From Eledone cirrhosa (Eukaryota), in the NCBI GenBank assembly GCA_964016885.1, contig OZ024745.1:100502001-100566000 (forward strand): a stretch of DNA of 64,000 nucleotides, in the 5' to 3' direction. How positions within the stretch are numbered: the first letter of the stretch is position 1; each line of letters opens with the position of its first letter. Positions 24,946 through 39,496 of this stretch are shown piece by piece. The position numbers and the translations under genes are program-made. Below the pieces are notes generated by a model. That model made no database searches, was not told the origin of the DNA, and worked only from the letters and a program-made list of their open reading frames with translations.

Positions 24946-26216
24946 TGCAACTAATTCACTGATAAATATAGTATCAATAACAAATATCAAATAAATGATA
25001 TAAAGGTATCTTAAAACCTTAATCAGTTAAAGCAGCAGCAAGTAAGAGTGTCCGACCCAGTTACTTTGCTGTCGCTCGTTTGATTTTTCTTTTCGTCTTC
25101 AGATACCAATGAAATAAGTAAAAGAGAATTTACTGGAGTGAAGACAATTGATGATTATGCCCTAGCATGTCCACAGTTCAGTTAGCGAAACCAGTAAAAG
25201 AAGAAAATAAGGTGTCGAGCATAATTGCTATCATACGTACTTTAGGCTTGGACGCCAGTGTTTTTATGTGTTTAAACAATTTACGGACAATACATTTTTT
25301 TGTACGGAAAATAAAATTTTTCATGTTTTTTTTATACAATCTAAACCATTAGCATTTATATTATTATATATTTACTATTGTATTTTCGCATTAAAGGCTT
25401 TACTTCACATAATATCGAATCTATCAGATTTTGATATTATTTATTTTGAGAACAATACCTTAACTTTGATATGAATGGTTGGTTTGAACAGAACGAGGTG
25501 AGAGATTTTGGCCGGATACGGTCGATCTAAATACGTAGTGTTAACTATGGCAAATTGTTTGATCTAGCATCACTGCAGTGGATTAGTATCAGTGACAATG
25601 TTATAGTGTACGACAGTATCAGTGATCATGTTATAGTGTACGACAAAACCATGATATTGGTAGACTCTGTATGCCGAGCGTACTTCAAAACAGAGAATAC
25701 AAAAGCTGTGTATAATTTCTATTAATAATTCTAATTAATGCTAATGACTTTTCTAAGCATTACAGTTATAATTCCAATCAATTAAAATTTATTAACGTTA
25801 AGTGTGGTAATCTGCACTCAACTATATGTTCATTAAGCAGAAGGCATCCCTGGGAGAAATTCCAGTGCATTACATTTGAGCAGTCTTCGCAAATATAGAT
25901 ATACTGATGAGTTTGCTATGTTATTTAAACGCCAAAATATGTTAGTGGATTTTTTTTTTCAGTTTAACTTCGAATATTAAAATATACTAATTAATTTATT
26001 CATGCTTCCTCATCTTAACCATTTCTGTATTCACATATACACACGCGTGTGGTTTCGAGTGTTTGCGAGTACATCTTAATTTGTTAAAAGGATTTATTAG
26101 CAGTAAGAATTAATTATCATACTACGAAACTAGGCACTTGAATAATCTGTTTGGCGCCGAGTAGGAAAGCGTTTTCGGAGTTAAGGTGTCTTTTTTTTTA
26201 TTATTCACTACAGAAA

Positions 26217-26660
26217 AGCGGTGGATTAACACTATCGGTAGAAAGTCGGACACCATGCTTTGCAGCATAGAGTTACGGTTTGAGTTCAAATCCCGCCGAG
26301 GTTAACTTTGCCTTTCATCGTTACGGGGTCGATAAAAATGAAGCACCAGGAACATACTGGGGTCGATTTAATCAACTTTCCTCTCCCCCCACAAATTACT
26401 GGCTTTGTGCCTATACTAGAAATCTTTATTCACAACTGAAAAGCGGTGAATTGGCAGTACCGGTAAAGCGTCGGACAACATGATTTGTGGCATAGAGTTA
26501 CGTTCCTTTATGTTCCGAGTTCACATCCCACCGAGGTTAGCTTTGTCTTTCATCCTTACGCTGTCGACAGATAAAGTACCAGTAATGCAATGAGGTCAAT
26601 TTAATTGACTTTCCCATCTCCTCAGATTGTTGACCTTCTGCTTAAATCAGAAACCATTAT
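26217..26660 (+). mobile_element. Two tandem tRNA-derived SINEs
   Basis: Two A box/B box/core units, with a repeated ATT(C/T)AC.AC.GAAA flank before, between and after. Confidence 0.8.
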
Positions 26661-27284
26661 TTACAACAGAAACGTAATAATCTCTATGCTTCTAGATGAT
26701 AAATAAAAGTTTCAATAGAATTGTATTATGTGAAATACGAGTCTTTAAACTAAGAAAATTATCTCTGTATTATACTATGTAGTGGTACTTTATTTGATGT
26801 TTTATGCTGTTAGTTTCCAAATCAGTTTTAGCGACCCTGGTAAGTAAGCGGTTTTTTTTAGTTCATTATCTAACGGATATGCGGTAAATTTAATTCTGCT
26901 ATTAAGAAACAACTTTAGAACCATAGAACTGACAGCAAGAATCTGTAACTTCATTTACTGGAATATAGTCTGAACATATCAACTACTTTCAGATAATTAT
27001 TTTACATTTAAAGATTTTATTGAGTTAAACTGACATAACCATCATTATTAATCGACTCCGAAAGCTAATCAATTATCCTCTTTTCACAAAATAAAACCGT
27101 CACTACAATAAAGTGTTTATCGAGGTAATAAATCTCTCCTACGTAGTTTCTTACAATTCTTATATTGATTAGTTTAGTTTATTTGAAATCATCGTATTTA
27201 CTGTTGTGTATTTAAGCTTATAAATTAATTTAATTAATATCCTTAAATAATCATATTTTATCAAAATGCACAGTCTTCGCACAT

Positions 27285-27324
<40 letters not shown>

Positions 27325-27839
27325 GCGCGCACACGCACACGCACAGACACACACACATACTCACGCATATATGTTTTAAAATAGGCAATACAGAGATAGA
27401 AAACAATTAATGTTATTAAATTCACGTGAAGATGAAAGGTAGAGAAAAGCGAATTCATCGTATCGGGCTTTAGCTCTTCGTCAGTGGAGTTTGGTAGACA
27501 GACTGTGTGTGTGTTTGTGGTGTGTGTGTGTTGTGTGTGTGTCTGTAAGGGACTTTCACACACTTTCTGTCTACCAAACTGTACTCATACGAAGTAGTTC
27601 AACCCGTGGCTACAGTAGAAGAGACTTGTCCAAGATGCCACGCATTACGAAGTGAATCTCTTAATATCAGGACTAATTGTATGTTTCAATTTTAGTTTAT
27701 AAATTCTAACAGCAAGAGAGATGATGGAAAAATCCAAACCTGCTTTTAGCTTTGATTTTTTTTATAAACATTAATTAGAACCCTACAGAATTGAAGAAGT
27801 TTCAAGTTATTCTTTATTGTACCAAGTCAGAGAATATAT

Positions 27840-28085
27840 TTCAACTCCGTCTCAAACCCAGCACCTCATCAGGCCAGTTCTTATCCCGGCTTCCTCAGCA
27901 TTAAGCAACAATACGCCAGTTCATCGCAAAGGTAACGCACAACTACTTCCAGAACTCATTTTTAGTTGAGTGTACTGGAGCAACGTGAAAGGAAGTGTTT
28001 TGCTCAAGAACTCACTGGTCCATAAATCGAACTCATGATAATATGTCGTAAGTCCAAAACACTAATTATAAAGCCATATTTCTTC
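27840..28085 (-). mobile_element. CORE-like tRNA-derived SINE
   Basis: Reverse of TTCTTGAGCAAAACACTT..TTCACGTTGCTCCAGT, similar to the copies at 33786 and 34590. Confidence 0.6.
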
Positions 28086-28481
28086 ACTCAAGATAGCATA
28101 TATGAGCCTGTAACTGATGTCATAAGACGATTTCGTGTTAACAAGACATGCTTTCCAAAATAAAGGGTATTTAATAGTAATTATTCATGTCAAGGACCCT
28201 TGCTTTTGAGAGTGGCGTGACAAATCGGATATCTAAAATCCCTATAGAATGCTCCACCAGTGGCTTAAATAGAATTTAAATGCAAACGGATAATTGAAAG
28301 AAATCAATCACTTGTCAAACCTTTCAAGCATCACTGACACCAATTATTCTCTCATAGACGTTATGTATTTATATGTATGAGAATGTGTGGGAATGTATGC
28401 AAACCTATATGTACATACGTTAATACACATAAACACACATATATACATGTATACATACATACATGCATACATACATACATA

Positions 28482-28960
28482 GGGATGAATATGTTTAGAC
28501 TGACGGCTCACAGTACTGGTGGAACCTAAAAATAAAAATTGTCAAAAATTAAAGCACAACCGACCTGATATTGTTGTTTGGGACCTCACATTAAAAACCT
28601 GCTCTATTGTAAAAGCCACCTTTACAATTGATGTCAATGTGGTAAGAGAAAGGCAAGAGAAGGGGGATATCTACGGACCATTGATGAGGAATTTGCACAT
28701 CCAGTATCCAATATACACGTTCAGCTTCATACCCATTATTATTTGAGCTACAGGTTATATACCAACCTACCTGGATTAAGGTATAACTGAATTTGGATTT
28801 ATAAAGAAGAAAGAACGCAGCTTCTTAATTCATCAGCTACAAAAAGCCATGATATCTGGCATCTTAAAAACCTGTAAAACATTTTTACGCTTTAAAGGAT
28901 GAACATTAACACAAGAGACGATGACAATTTCTTTTTTCTCGGCACGCCAAGAGACTGTCT
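28482..28960 (+). mobile_element. R4-like RLE LINE 3' fragment following (CATA)n
   Basis: KHNRPDIVVWD..DIYGPLMRNL..FIPIII; homologous to 54350-55320. Confidence 0.75.
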
Positions 28961-29548
28961 TATTCCTTAAACGGGGCCGATAAAGTAATGCACTGGGGTA
29001 ATTGCTGGCCTTGTGCCAAAAGTAGAAACAATTATTTCTCTCATTCTGAAACATAGCAAAATCCTCCAAGATAAAAATTCATCATGTATAAGATATACAC
29101 TGGGTACATTTTTACAGGATGATTGTACCTACAAAAATATAATACCCGAGCAAGCTGAAAGAGCGAAATGTGTCTAATTTAGTTCCAGCTAGCGGACTGC
29201 CTATACTAGTGGCACTTACGACCTATAATACCCATTCAATTACATATACAGAATCATATACATACCGAATTGGTTGAACTACAGACAAAAGCTGTGTGTT
29301 ACGAGATCGAATTGCCGTTTAGCCTTCTAGGTTCGATTAAAAACGACCCAATTAAGCATTGAGGTCGTTGATTCAACTACACTCATCCCCCATACATATG
29401 GGCATGTTCTAATGGCAGATATGTATTAATAAGGATATTAATAATCCTCATTTCTCAAAATATGGATAGGATATGTTAATATTTCGATATTAGAACAATG
29501 GAAGTTCCTTCTATATTGTTTAATTGATCAGAATAAAACAATAATCAC

Positions 29549-29730
29549 CATGATGATGATGATGACGACGACGACGACGACGATGATGATGATGATGATG
29601 ACGATGATGGTGATGATGATGATGATGATGATGATGTTGAGGAGGAGGACCCTCCGAAGAAAAACTGAAATAAATCTTGCCTCTATCTCCTCCTCCTCCT
29701 CCCCCTTCTCTCTCTCTCTCTCTCTCTCTG

Positions 29731-29798
<68 letters not shown>
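29549..29798. repeat. Compound microsatellite (GAT/GAC, CCT, CT, TA), representative of dozens of (TA)n, (CA)n, (GA)n and (CATA)n tracts in the window
   Basis: Visible directly in the sequence. Confidence 0.95.
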
Positions 29799-29802
<4 letters not shown>

Positions 29803-30320
29803 TGTGTATGTGTGTGTATGTTTGTCTGTGTATGTGTATATAAACTAATAGGAACAGTTTTGGGAGTAGTGTTTTCACAACTGTATGCCGTCTGTGAGCT
29901 GAGGAAATGTCAAAGTAGAATTTAATAGTAAAGAAAACATCGCTGTTTAAGTATGGGTGATAAAATAAAAAAATTCCCCAACCCAATCATTAATATATTG
30001 TCCTTCAATGTTTTCAGGGTAAAGGAATGCTAAGATTTTGAACCTGACCAAAGACCACATTACGAAGAACAATTTTGTCTATCAATTGAAATATTATAAA
30101 TTATAGAGAATAGAAAGAAAATCCTTTTGTAATTCGTGACTCTTTTGACAGTGGGAAAGAAAATTCTCGCATAACTAAAAATACACACTGTAAAAATTAT
30201 ACGTAAACATTGGTATTTACTCAAACACATTAAATAAATAGCGCTGCAGATAGAAAATAGTATACAGATAAGTTTGGATAGATAAACACACAAACCAACT
30301 CCCTACCTCTCCCTCTCCCT

Positions 30321-30398
<78 letters not shown>

Positions 30399-30614
30399 TA
30401 TATATATTTACTTAAAGGATGGTTTTCCGAAGGGGATCGGAAAATAACACAGTTAAATAAGGTAGGCCATATGTTAGTGGAGAAGAAGCATATCTATTTT
30501 ATATAGGAAGTAAATACATATATATAACTTTGATAGGTTTCGGCAAGTATTGGAGTATAGTTTGAGCTCTTCTAGTCGACTGTGTGTGCATGTATATGCG
30601 CGTTTCTGTGTGTG

Positions 30615-30659
<45 letters not shown>

Positions 30660-30715
30660 GTATATATATAAAACCGAGGATGTGTATGTGTCTGTGTACA
30701 ACTTTGCATACTTAC

Positions 30716-30878
30716 CAACTGAATTTGACAACATTTTCTGTGCACTTTGCACAGGTCGCTAAGATTGTCGCATCACAAACATTTTTCAAATCGACCGACG
30801 TTGAGCAATAAAAAATCGAAATCAAAATTATCGGTAGCAAAATTGATGTAAGGGAGATAACAAACTTTATTGACAATC
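30716..30878 (-). other. Candidate isolated coding exon (unconfirmed)
   Basis: TTTTTTCTAAG acceptor, GTAAGTATG donor and an open frame [53 protein letters not shown]. Confidence 0.25.
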
Positions 30879-30887
30879 CTTAGAAAA

Positions 30888-30933
<46 letters not shown>

Positions 30934-30967
30934 CATATATATATATACACACAGACACATATATATA

Positions 30968-31021
<54 letters not shown>

Positions 31022-31077
31022 TTCCTCAGACAAAATACAATATAAACAGTTTTATAGATAAATATATATATATATAC

Positions 31078-31134
<57 letters not shown>

Positions 31135-31140
<6 letters not shown>

Positions 31141-31300
31141 TAACAGATTAAAGTTTAAGTAAATAATCGCTGCTTTCACCCTTAACAGGATCTTCTGAAA
31201 CTTTAATCTGTTATTTTAATAAATATTTGCTCTATGGTTCTTATATATTTGATATATATTTATCATTATCGAGCTCTCTTTGGATTTTAGTCTTCACATT
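31135..31300. mobile_element. Inverted PLE pLTR fragment (family E) with HHR-like fold at 31152-31202 (-)
   Basis: Matches 58793-58942; the inversion junction is at AAACT, 31198-31202. Confidence 0.75.
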
Positions 31301-31313
31301 CATTATTATTACT

Positions 31314-31612
<299 letters not shown>

Positions 31613-31880
31613 ATATATATAGTCCCGACTCCATATATTTATATATTTATATATATATATATATAGAACTTATATTCATAGAATTCTGGGACTTGACTCC
31701 TTCTTTCTCACTTTTCGTTGCATTACCATCTTCGATTGTTTACAGTCTCGCTCGTTCCCCTTATTTACGTGTCCCAACGACTTTCTTTAGCCGTTGCTCG
31801 CACCAACCGGAGGTATATGGTCTTTAAAGCGATGAAATACCAATGAAGGTTGGAAGATCACTGATGAAGGACTAACTTTA

Positions 31881-31918
<38 letters not shown>

Positions 31919-32615
31919 TATTGAGTCGGGACCCCGATGGCTGAGCTCTTGCCGTTTCAACAGCTATATATATATATATATATACACACACACAAATAGA
32001 GCCTCATAGTCTAAATATGACGAGTAGTAAAACTTCCATTAAATTATGACTACCCTATCAATTTTAACACCCAATACCCCTTTAGGTGTGTTCAGGTAAT
32101 AAGAGGCAAGTAAGAAAGAGGACTGCTATAGCCGGAGCGTTTGGACAATTAACGGAATACAGTCACAGTAGATCTTATCTATATGCCAACTTGGTAAATT
32201 AACGGTCATGTTTCCTTCTTATTAGATCGCCTCTGATAAATATCGTATATTGACTTAGTAAGTTCGCCCAACGAGAACGGCTGAACATATTTGGGAAAGG
32301 GTAAATAAATTATGAGTTGATTATAAGCGTCAAGAAAGAGTAGAGGAGAAAAGGCTTCAGTGGAAAATAAAGTTTGTAAATTAGATTTGATTTATTCAAT
32401 TTATATACATCAATATTACCCTTTCAAATGTATGTACATTATATTTTCCCAACTATTTGAGCATTTAAATTTATATTTAATCAAAAGATTTTCGGCAGAA
32501 AAAAATAAAACAAACAATAGCTTCTCTTAGCGTCTCTGGTATGGTTTGAAATATTTCAGTGATTCCAGTACTCTGTGAAAATTCAGAGTTTTTCCAAAGT
32601 AGCCAATACTTATGT

Positions 32616-32900
32616 GGAGGCGTGTGGTCTAGTGGTAAGGGTGTTGGACTTATGATCATAATGTCGTAGGTTCGATTCCTGGGCTGGGTTGCGTATTGTG
32701 CTTTTGAGCAAAGGACGTCATTTCACGTTGCTCATTTCACGTCATTTCACTCAGCTGAAAATGAGCACCAGTAATAGCTGGGAGTTTAACCCTGCGATGG
32801 TAGGACGTCCTGTCCAGGGGAAGTCTTGCACTATCATTCGCTTCACGAAATGAAACCTAGATACGCAACGGCCTAACAAGCCTTCTGCATTAAGACAAAC
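32616..32900 (+). mobile_element. CORE-like tRNA-derived SINE
   Basis: TGGTCTAGTGG A box, GGTTCGATTCC B box and TTGAGCAAAG..CACTCAGCTGAAAATG. Confidence 0.75.
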
Positions 32901-33381
32901 TTAGCCAATACTTCGTTTACTTTCTGTCGTACGAGAAAATAACAAGTAACATATTTAATTGGTTTTATATAATTTCAATGTCAATATCAATCAACTGATA
33001 CAAAATTTTTAAAAGTATGAGAGAAGTTAGCTTCAAGTTTTAGTGTCTCATAACTCCCTATTACTTGCATTGTTTATTAGTTTAGACAATTAGATATTAA
33101 GGAATAGGCTCTCTTTTAGCACGCATATTTCGATATTTGTAACAAAAGCAGTGGCTGCTACTTATCTGAATCACTGAAAAATAAATAATTCGCAAAGTTG
33201 CATTTCTAAAGACTTACCAGCCAGAGATATTATGGTGTTAACACAATAGATGTACATGCGCCAGTTTATTAATGAGTAAGAAGTCTTAGTTTAAAAATAA
33301 CGTTTCCTAATTCGAATCCAGTCTGGGACTTTGTTCAACTTTACTAATAAGACGCGTGATAAGGAATGGAGGTGAAATGTA

Positions 33382-33759
33382 CAGGGTGGTCCGAAAGTCT
33401 TGTCACCCCTACTACGTCTTTTGTCCATGTTGTTATCGCTTAGTTCGTTAACGAATGTTGGCTCAAACGATTAAGATTATTATATATTATAATTAATGAT
33501 ATTATATATTATATTATTAAAACAAAAAATAATTGTTTCTACTTTAGGCACAAGGCCAGCAATTACCCAGTGCAGTACTTTATTTTATCGACCCCGTAAG
33601 GATGAAAGGCAAAGTCAACCTCGGCGGGATTTGAACTCAGATCGTAAAGGGACGTAACTATGCTGGAAAGCATGGCGTCCGACTCTCTACCGATACTGCC
33701 AATCCACCAATGAAAATTAAAACAATATGTAGGGGTGACAAAAGTTTCGGACCAGCCTG
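33382..33759. mobile_element. Tc1/mariner-type MITE with a nested SINE (33528-33712, -)
   Basis: TIRs CAGGGTGGTCCGAAAGT..TGTCACCCCTAC / GTAGGGGTGACA..TTTCGGACCAGCCTG. Confidence 0.75.
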
Positions 33760-33785
33760 GATATCAGTAATGAAATTAATATGAA

Positions 33786-34110
33786 TGCGCCTGGCTTTAT
33801 GGTTAGGGTATTCGGCTCACAATCGTAAGGTCGTGAGTTCGATTCCCGGCGGCGCGTTGTATCCTTGAGCAAGACACTTTATTTCACGTTGATCCAGTCC
33901 ACTCAGCTGGCAAAAAGGAGTTGTACCTGTAATTCGAAAGGCCTGCCTTATCAGGTTCGGTGTTACGCTGAATCTCCCAGAGAACTGCATTAAGGGTACT
34001 CGTGTCTGTGGAATGCTCAGCCACATGCACGTTAATTTCACGAGCAAGCTGTTCCATTGATCGGATCAATTGGAACACTCGTTGCCGTAACCGGCTGAGT
34101 GCCAGTTATT
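33786..34110 (+). mobile_element. CORE-like tRNA-derived SINE
   Basis: GAGTTCGATTCCC B box and TCCTTGAGCAAGACACTTTATTTCACG. Confidence 0.8.
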
Positions 34111-34589
34111 TACAAAAATGAAATGAATCTAAAAATAAGATTTGGTTTAAAACAATATATGTTATTCTTTTCTTGTAGTAAAATTGAGTTAAAAACACCG
34201 ACACTTGATAATATGTCATTCTCATACAGAATAAACATGAAATATTAACATCTATACGGAAAATGTTGGATTTACTTAATCTTTAATTGTAAATAGGGAA
34301 TCTAATTAAATATATTAAATGCTTCACCAGAAATATCAATGATAATTATAATTTACTATGAGGCTGAGTTCTTCACATAGGAAATATATACATATGACTT
34401 CACGGAGAGAAGAAGAAGAAGAAGAAGAAGAAGAAGAAGAAGAAGAAGAAGAAGAAGAAGAAATGGCTTTTTGAATTCTGTAGTATTTCATTTGAAAATA
34501 CGTAGTAGACGGAATTGTCATAAGGAAAGCTGCTAGGAAATAAATAAATAGAACAATATTAGCATTTACATAATAATATATACGTATGT

Positions 34590-34930
34590 TCGTATGGCTT
34601 ATTGGTTAGAACATTGCGCTTGCAATCGGGAGGTTGCGAGTTTGATTCGCAGAACAGGTGGTGCGTTGTATTCTTGAGCAAGACACTTTATTTCATGTTG
34701 CTCCAGTTTACTCGGCTGTAGAAATGATTGGGATGTCACTGGTGCCAAGCTGTATCGGCCATTGTCTTTCTCTTCGACAAAACAACAGTGGTGTAGAGAG
34801 GGGAGACTGGTATGTTTACGCGACTGCTGATCTTCCACAAACAACATTGCTCGGACTTGTGTCTCGGAGGGGAACTTTCTAGGGGCAAATCCCATGGTCA
34901 TTTGTGACCGAAGGGGGTTTTACCCTTTAC
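34590..34930 (+). mobile_element. CORE-like tRNA-derived SINE with an RTE-like 3' end
   Basis: TTCTTGAGCAAGACACTTTATTTC core; 3' end GACCGAAGGGGGTTTTACCCTTTAC. Confidence 0.75.
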
Positions 34931-35290
34931 TTATGCTCGAGATATTGGAGCTGAGAAAAGAACGAGAATCGCTTCATTCTCTGGCGATATTTAAAAAATA
35001 AGATAATTTGCGTACACGCAGACTTACGCGTAATGTTTCTCTGTGTTTGTCTTAAACTATTTACAATGTAACCCAAAAATGTATACACATTTTGATTACC
35101 TGTACAGGCAATATTTATTAGAATGCTGTTTTTGGGACACCCTGTATATAAAAGAACCCGTATAAGAGCGAAAGCAGAAATTATTTGTTTAAACTTTTAA
35201 TCTGTACTAACAATATATATATATATATAGTAATAATAATAAATTTGAAGACTAAAATATTCACTTCTGCGTTCACAGATTGACTTTGTT

Positions 35291-35341
35291 AGTTTCAGAA
35301 GATCCCGTTAAGGGTGAAAGCAGCGATTCTTTGCTTAAACT
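35291..35341 (+). ncRNA. Hammerhead-like fold with non-canonical CAGAAGA core (family E)
   Basis: AGTTT-CAGAAGA-tCCCgttaaGGGt-GAAA-GCAGcgattctTTGC-TT-AAACT. Confidence 0.55.
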
Positions 35342-35361
35342 TTAATCTGTTATTTTAATAA

Positions 35362-35474
<113 letters not shown>

Positions 35475-35869
35475 ATATATATATGGCTTAACTGCCTAAT
35501 TTCTTCCTTATTCTTTTAGCATTTTAGGTAATATTTAAAGATGTGGCTGTTATTTCTATGAGGTTGAGTGACCGTAGAGAAGTTTTGAAATCGTAAAAAG
35601 ACGAGTATTGCTGTTGGTGAAAAGTGTATTTGACGAAAAAAAAAAGCAACAACCAAACACAACACCAGTACTACTCTACTCTATTATACAGCACCTTCAA
35701 ATGTTGCCCGTGACCCGTGTGGGTTTCTATAGCCACGGAAGGCACTGCTCACCTAACACAGACTAAAGCAAAATGTTTCACTTGCAGATATAATGCTCTT
35801 GCAAGACAGATGGATGTCGCAACACACACACAAACACACATGTAAGTGTGTATTTGTCTGTGTGTGTGC

Positions 35870-35970
<101 letters not shown>

Positions 35971-36996
35971 TATGCACACACGCCAATATGTGCACGTACA
36001 CGTCGGTGTTAGTGTGGAAGTCTGTTCCTGTAAGATGTTTTTATAAGCTGGACACATTTTTAGAAATCATATTTGCCTTTTTTAAATTTTTTATTCAATA
36101 CAGGTGAAACCTTCTCTGGGAAAGAGAACAAAATATGATAGATTAAACATGTATTTATGACCTTGAATACTCATTTATGCAACATAAACGTATTTTGTAA
36201 GAACTATGATAGATCGAAGTAGATACGCTAACATATCGTATTATCTCTGATTCTCTTTTAAGGATTTTAATAAAAGTATGATTTTTTTTTACATAACACC
36301 ACAAATTTTGGACGAGGTTGCAGACAATTGAAACGTTAGCTATACTTAACTGACACATAGGTTTTTCCCTTATAAGTATCTCACATTTTTACCAAAAAAA
36401 TATCATATTCTACTTGGGAGTTCAGGTCTCTTTTATATGACGATAGGCACAAATACACAATTACATTTTCGTATATTTAAAATCACGTCTTCATTTCTAT
36501 CATAAACATATTTCTAGGCTATAATTCTATCTGTAATTTTGTATTCATTGTACATATGGTTAACAGAAAAATATTGTGTCTATACAATATTCCTTGAGTA
36601 TGTAAAGGCGCCCATCCAATTTGGAAATAAATCTGGTTTTGTTTGGTTTCAGATGGATTCAATCTTTATTATATCAACGTAATAATACTTATTTTGGAAT
36701 AAACGAAAGGAAAAATTGTCTTGATATTTTCTTTTTCTTTAATGTTTTCCGCAATAACAATAAAAAAGATATGTCATTATTTTATATATGATGTATGTAT
36801 GTATGTATGTATGTATGTATGTATGTATGTATGTATGTATGTATGTACGTATGTATGTATGTATGTATGTACGTTTATTGGAGCATATGTCAAATTCAAA
36901 ACACACACACACTATATATATATATATATATGTTTGTGTGTCTGTCTGTGTGTATGTATATATATATATATATATATATGCGTGTATGCATATAAT

Positions 36997-37045
<49 letters not shown>

Positions 37046-37221
37046 ATCTCAGCAGCAACTCATCCCATTCCGTCTCTCCCTTATATATATACATACATAG
37101 ATATATACCAGTAATTCCCACAGGGTGGTGAACTGAATATTTAAAGGAGGAATTTGAAAATGATGTTAATGAGAACAAACTTCAGGTTTTAACCCTAAAC
37201 AACTTTGGTACACATTCCTAT

Positions 37222-37410
37222 TATTGGCAATATCGGTAGAGGGTCAGACGCCATGCTTTGCAAATAAAGAGTTACGGCCCTTTATTGTCTGCGTTCAAAT
37301 CCCGCCGAGGTTAACTTTGCCTTTCATCCTTATGAGGTCGATAAAATAAAGTACCAGTAATACACTGGGAAAATTGCTGGCCTTGTGCCAAAAGTAGAAA
37401 CAATTACTAT
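37222..37410 (+). mobile_element. tRNA-derived SINE
   Basis: Full unit from TGGCAATATCGG to GTAGAAACAATTA. Confidence 0.85.
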
Positions 37411-37619
37411 TAGAAACCGCTGCTCCACACATGTTATTGTGCATCTAGCACCACCTACACACCAATTTGTTTACACTTTGCAGTTGATCATTGCTGTTTT
37501 CATATCAAAGAGGGGCAATAGCAATTTTTGAGATGCTGAGGGGAGAGGGGGGGGGGCATGGAGCACAAAAGGTTGGGAACCACTGATATATATATACATA
37601 TGCACATACGTATAGATAT

Positions 37620-37671
<52 letters not shown>

Positions 37672-37805
37672 TATATATATATATGCATGTATATATATAT
37701 ATACACACACATATATATATATGTATATACATATATATACACACATACATATATATATATACACTCATATATATTACACACATACACACACAAACATATA
37801 TATAA

Positions 37806-37869
<64 letters not shown>

Positions 37870-38771
37870 TCACACACACACACGTGTATATGCTTTTATG
37901 TATCTGTGTCCTAGCTGTTTTTTTTATGTCTCGTAACTGAGTAATTCGAGAGAGAGGTCGACAGAATACTTACCAGACTTCAAAATATATGCTAAGATCT
38001 ATATGATCGACTAAAACCCTTCAATGCTGTACCCTAGCATGGGCACTACCCATTGTCTCTAACCAGTTAAAGCACAAAACAATAAAGGAACATAAACACA
38101 TATACACACACATATTCACACATTTACACCCACATATACATACAAATGCACTCTTATATGTTTGATCAAATACCTACTAAGCATAGAATGAAGTGCGGGG
38201 CGTGTGAGACGACATCGATTTTATGTCATGTAGTTACATCATACTTAGCAAACATAAAGGCAAAATAATCCAATTTATTTACTTTAATTGAATTTCGAAG
38301 CTATTTTATTTCGATTTTCTCTGTAGTTATGGAAGCATTCTATAGAATACAATCAATCAAGACATTAATAAATAGATGGGAAACAGAATGGTCACGTGTA
38401 GATTATTCGAATGTTATGGGCTTGTCAAATGCTAAAATCTAGTGGACATGTTTTTCTAGACGCCGTTAAATTTAAAAACGCATTTCCCTAATGGATTTAT
38501 TTATATTTTAACGTAAAAGCCAAAATCTATGCTAGAATCCAAATATAATTTGCTAAACATTTGTAATATTGACTGATATATTTTTCTGATAATATATACA
38601 TAAATGTAATTGGCATTAAATATATTAGCAGCTATGTTAATATTAATAAAAAAGAATCATTTAGACATTTATGCGTAGTTATAATTTCCCTCCTCTGCAC
38701 AGGTCTGTATGTAGATACACAAACGCATATTTATACATATGAACACATACTAAACACACACAGATATATAA

Positions 38772-38808
<37 letters not shown>

Positions 38809-38929
38809 CGCACGGAAATATTCTAAATGTCGGTTATACAAACCTATAATCACTTTAAATCTTTATATATATAGAGAGAGGTGTAAGTATACTATATATT
38901 AATATAATATAATATAATACAATATAATA

Positions 38930-39235
38930 TAATTGTTTCTACTTTTGGCATAAGGCCAGCAAATACCCAGTGCATTACTGGTACTTTATTTTATCGACCC
39001 CGTAAGGATGAAAGGCAAAGTTAACCTCGGCGGGATTTGAACTCAGAATGGCAAAGGCCGTAACTCTATGCTGCAAAGCATGGCGTCCGACCCTCTACCG
39101 ATACTGCCAATCCACCGCATAATATAATATGATATAATTGTTTCTACTTTTGGCACAATGCCAGCAATTATCCCAGTGCATTACTGGTACTTTATTTTAT
39201 CGACCCCGAAAGGATGAAAGGCAAAGTTAATCTCG
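38930..39235 (-). mobile_element. tRNA-derived SINE, one full and one partial copy in tandem
   Basis: Same family core, within (ATAAT)n-like repeats. Confidence 0.85.
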
Positions 39236-39364
39236 TAATATAATATGATATGATATAACATATATATATATATATTTTCAATCCTACCATGCAACAAAAT
39301 ACAATCCCCCAGTTAAATAAAATGACAGTTGTATATATTTTAACTAAATACATAGTATATGCAT

Positions 39365-39395
<31 letters not shown>

Positions 39396-39409
39396 TACAC
39401 ACACACACA

Positions 39410-39474
<65 letters not shown>

Positions 39475-39496
39475 ATATATATATATATATATATAT

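Noticed and set aside
25904-25945. CTGATGAG motif as a hammerhead
   Set aside because: No stem II, GAAA or stem I partner downstream.
32616-32690. tRNA genes at A/B-box motifs (also 33786, 48400 and 50470)
   Set aside because: No full cloverleaf; most continue into SINE bodies.
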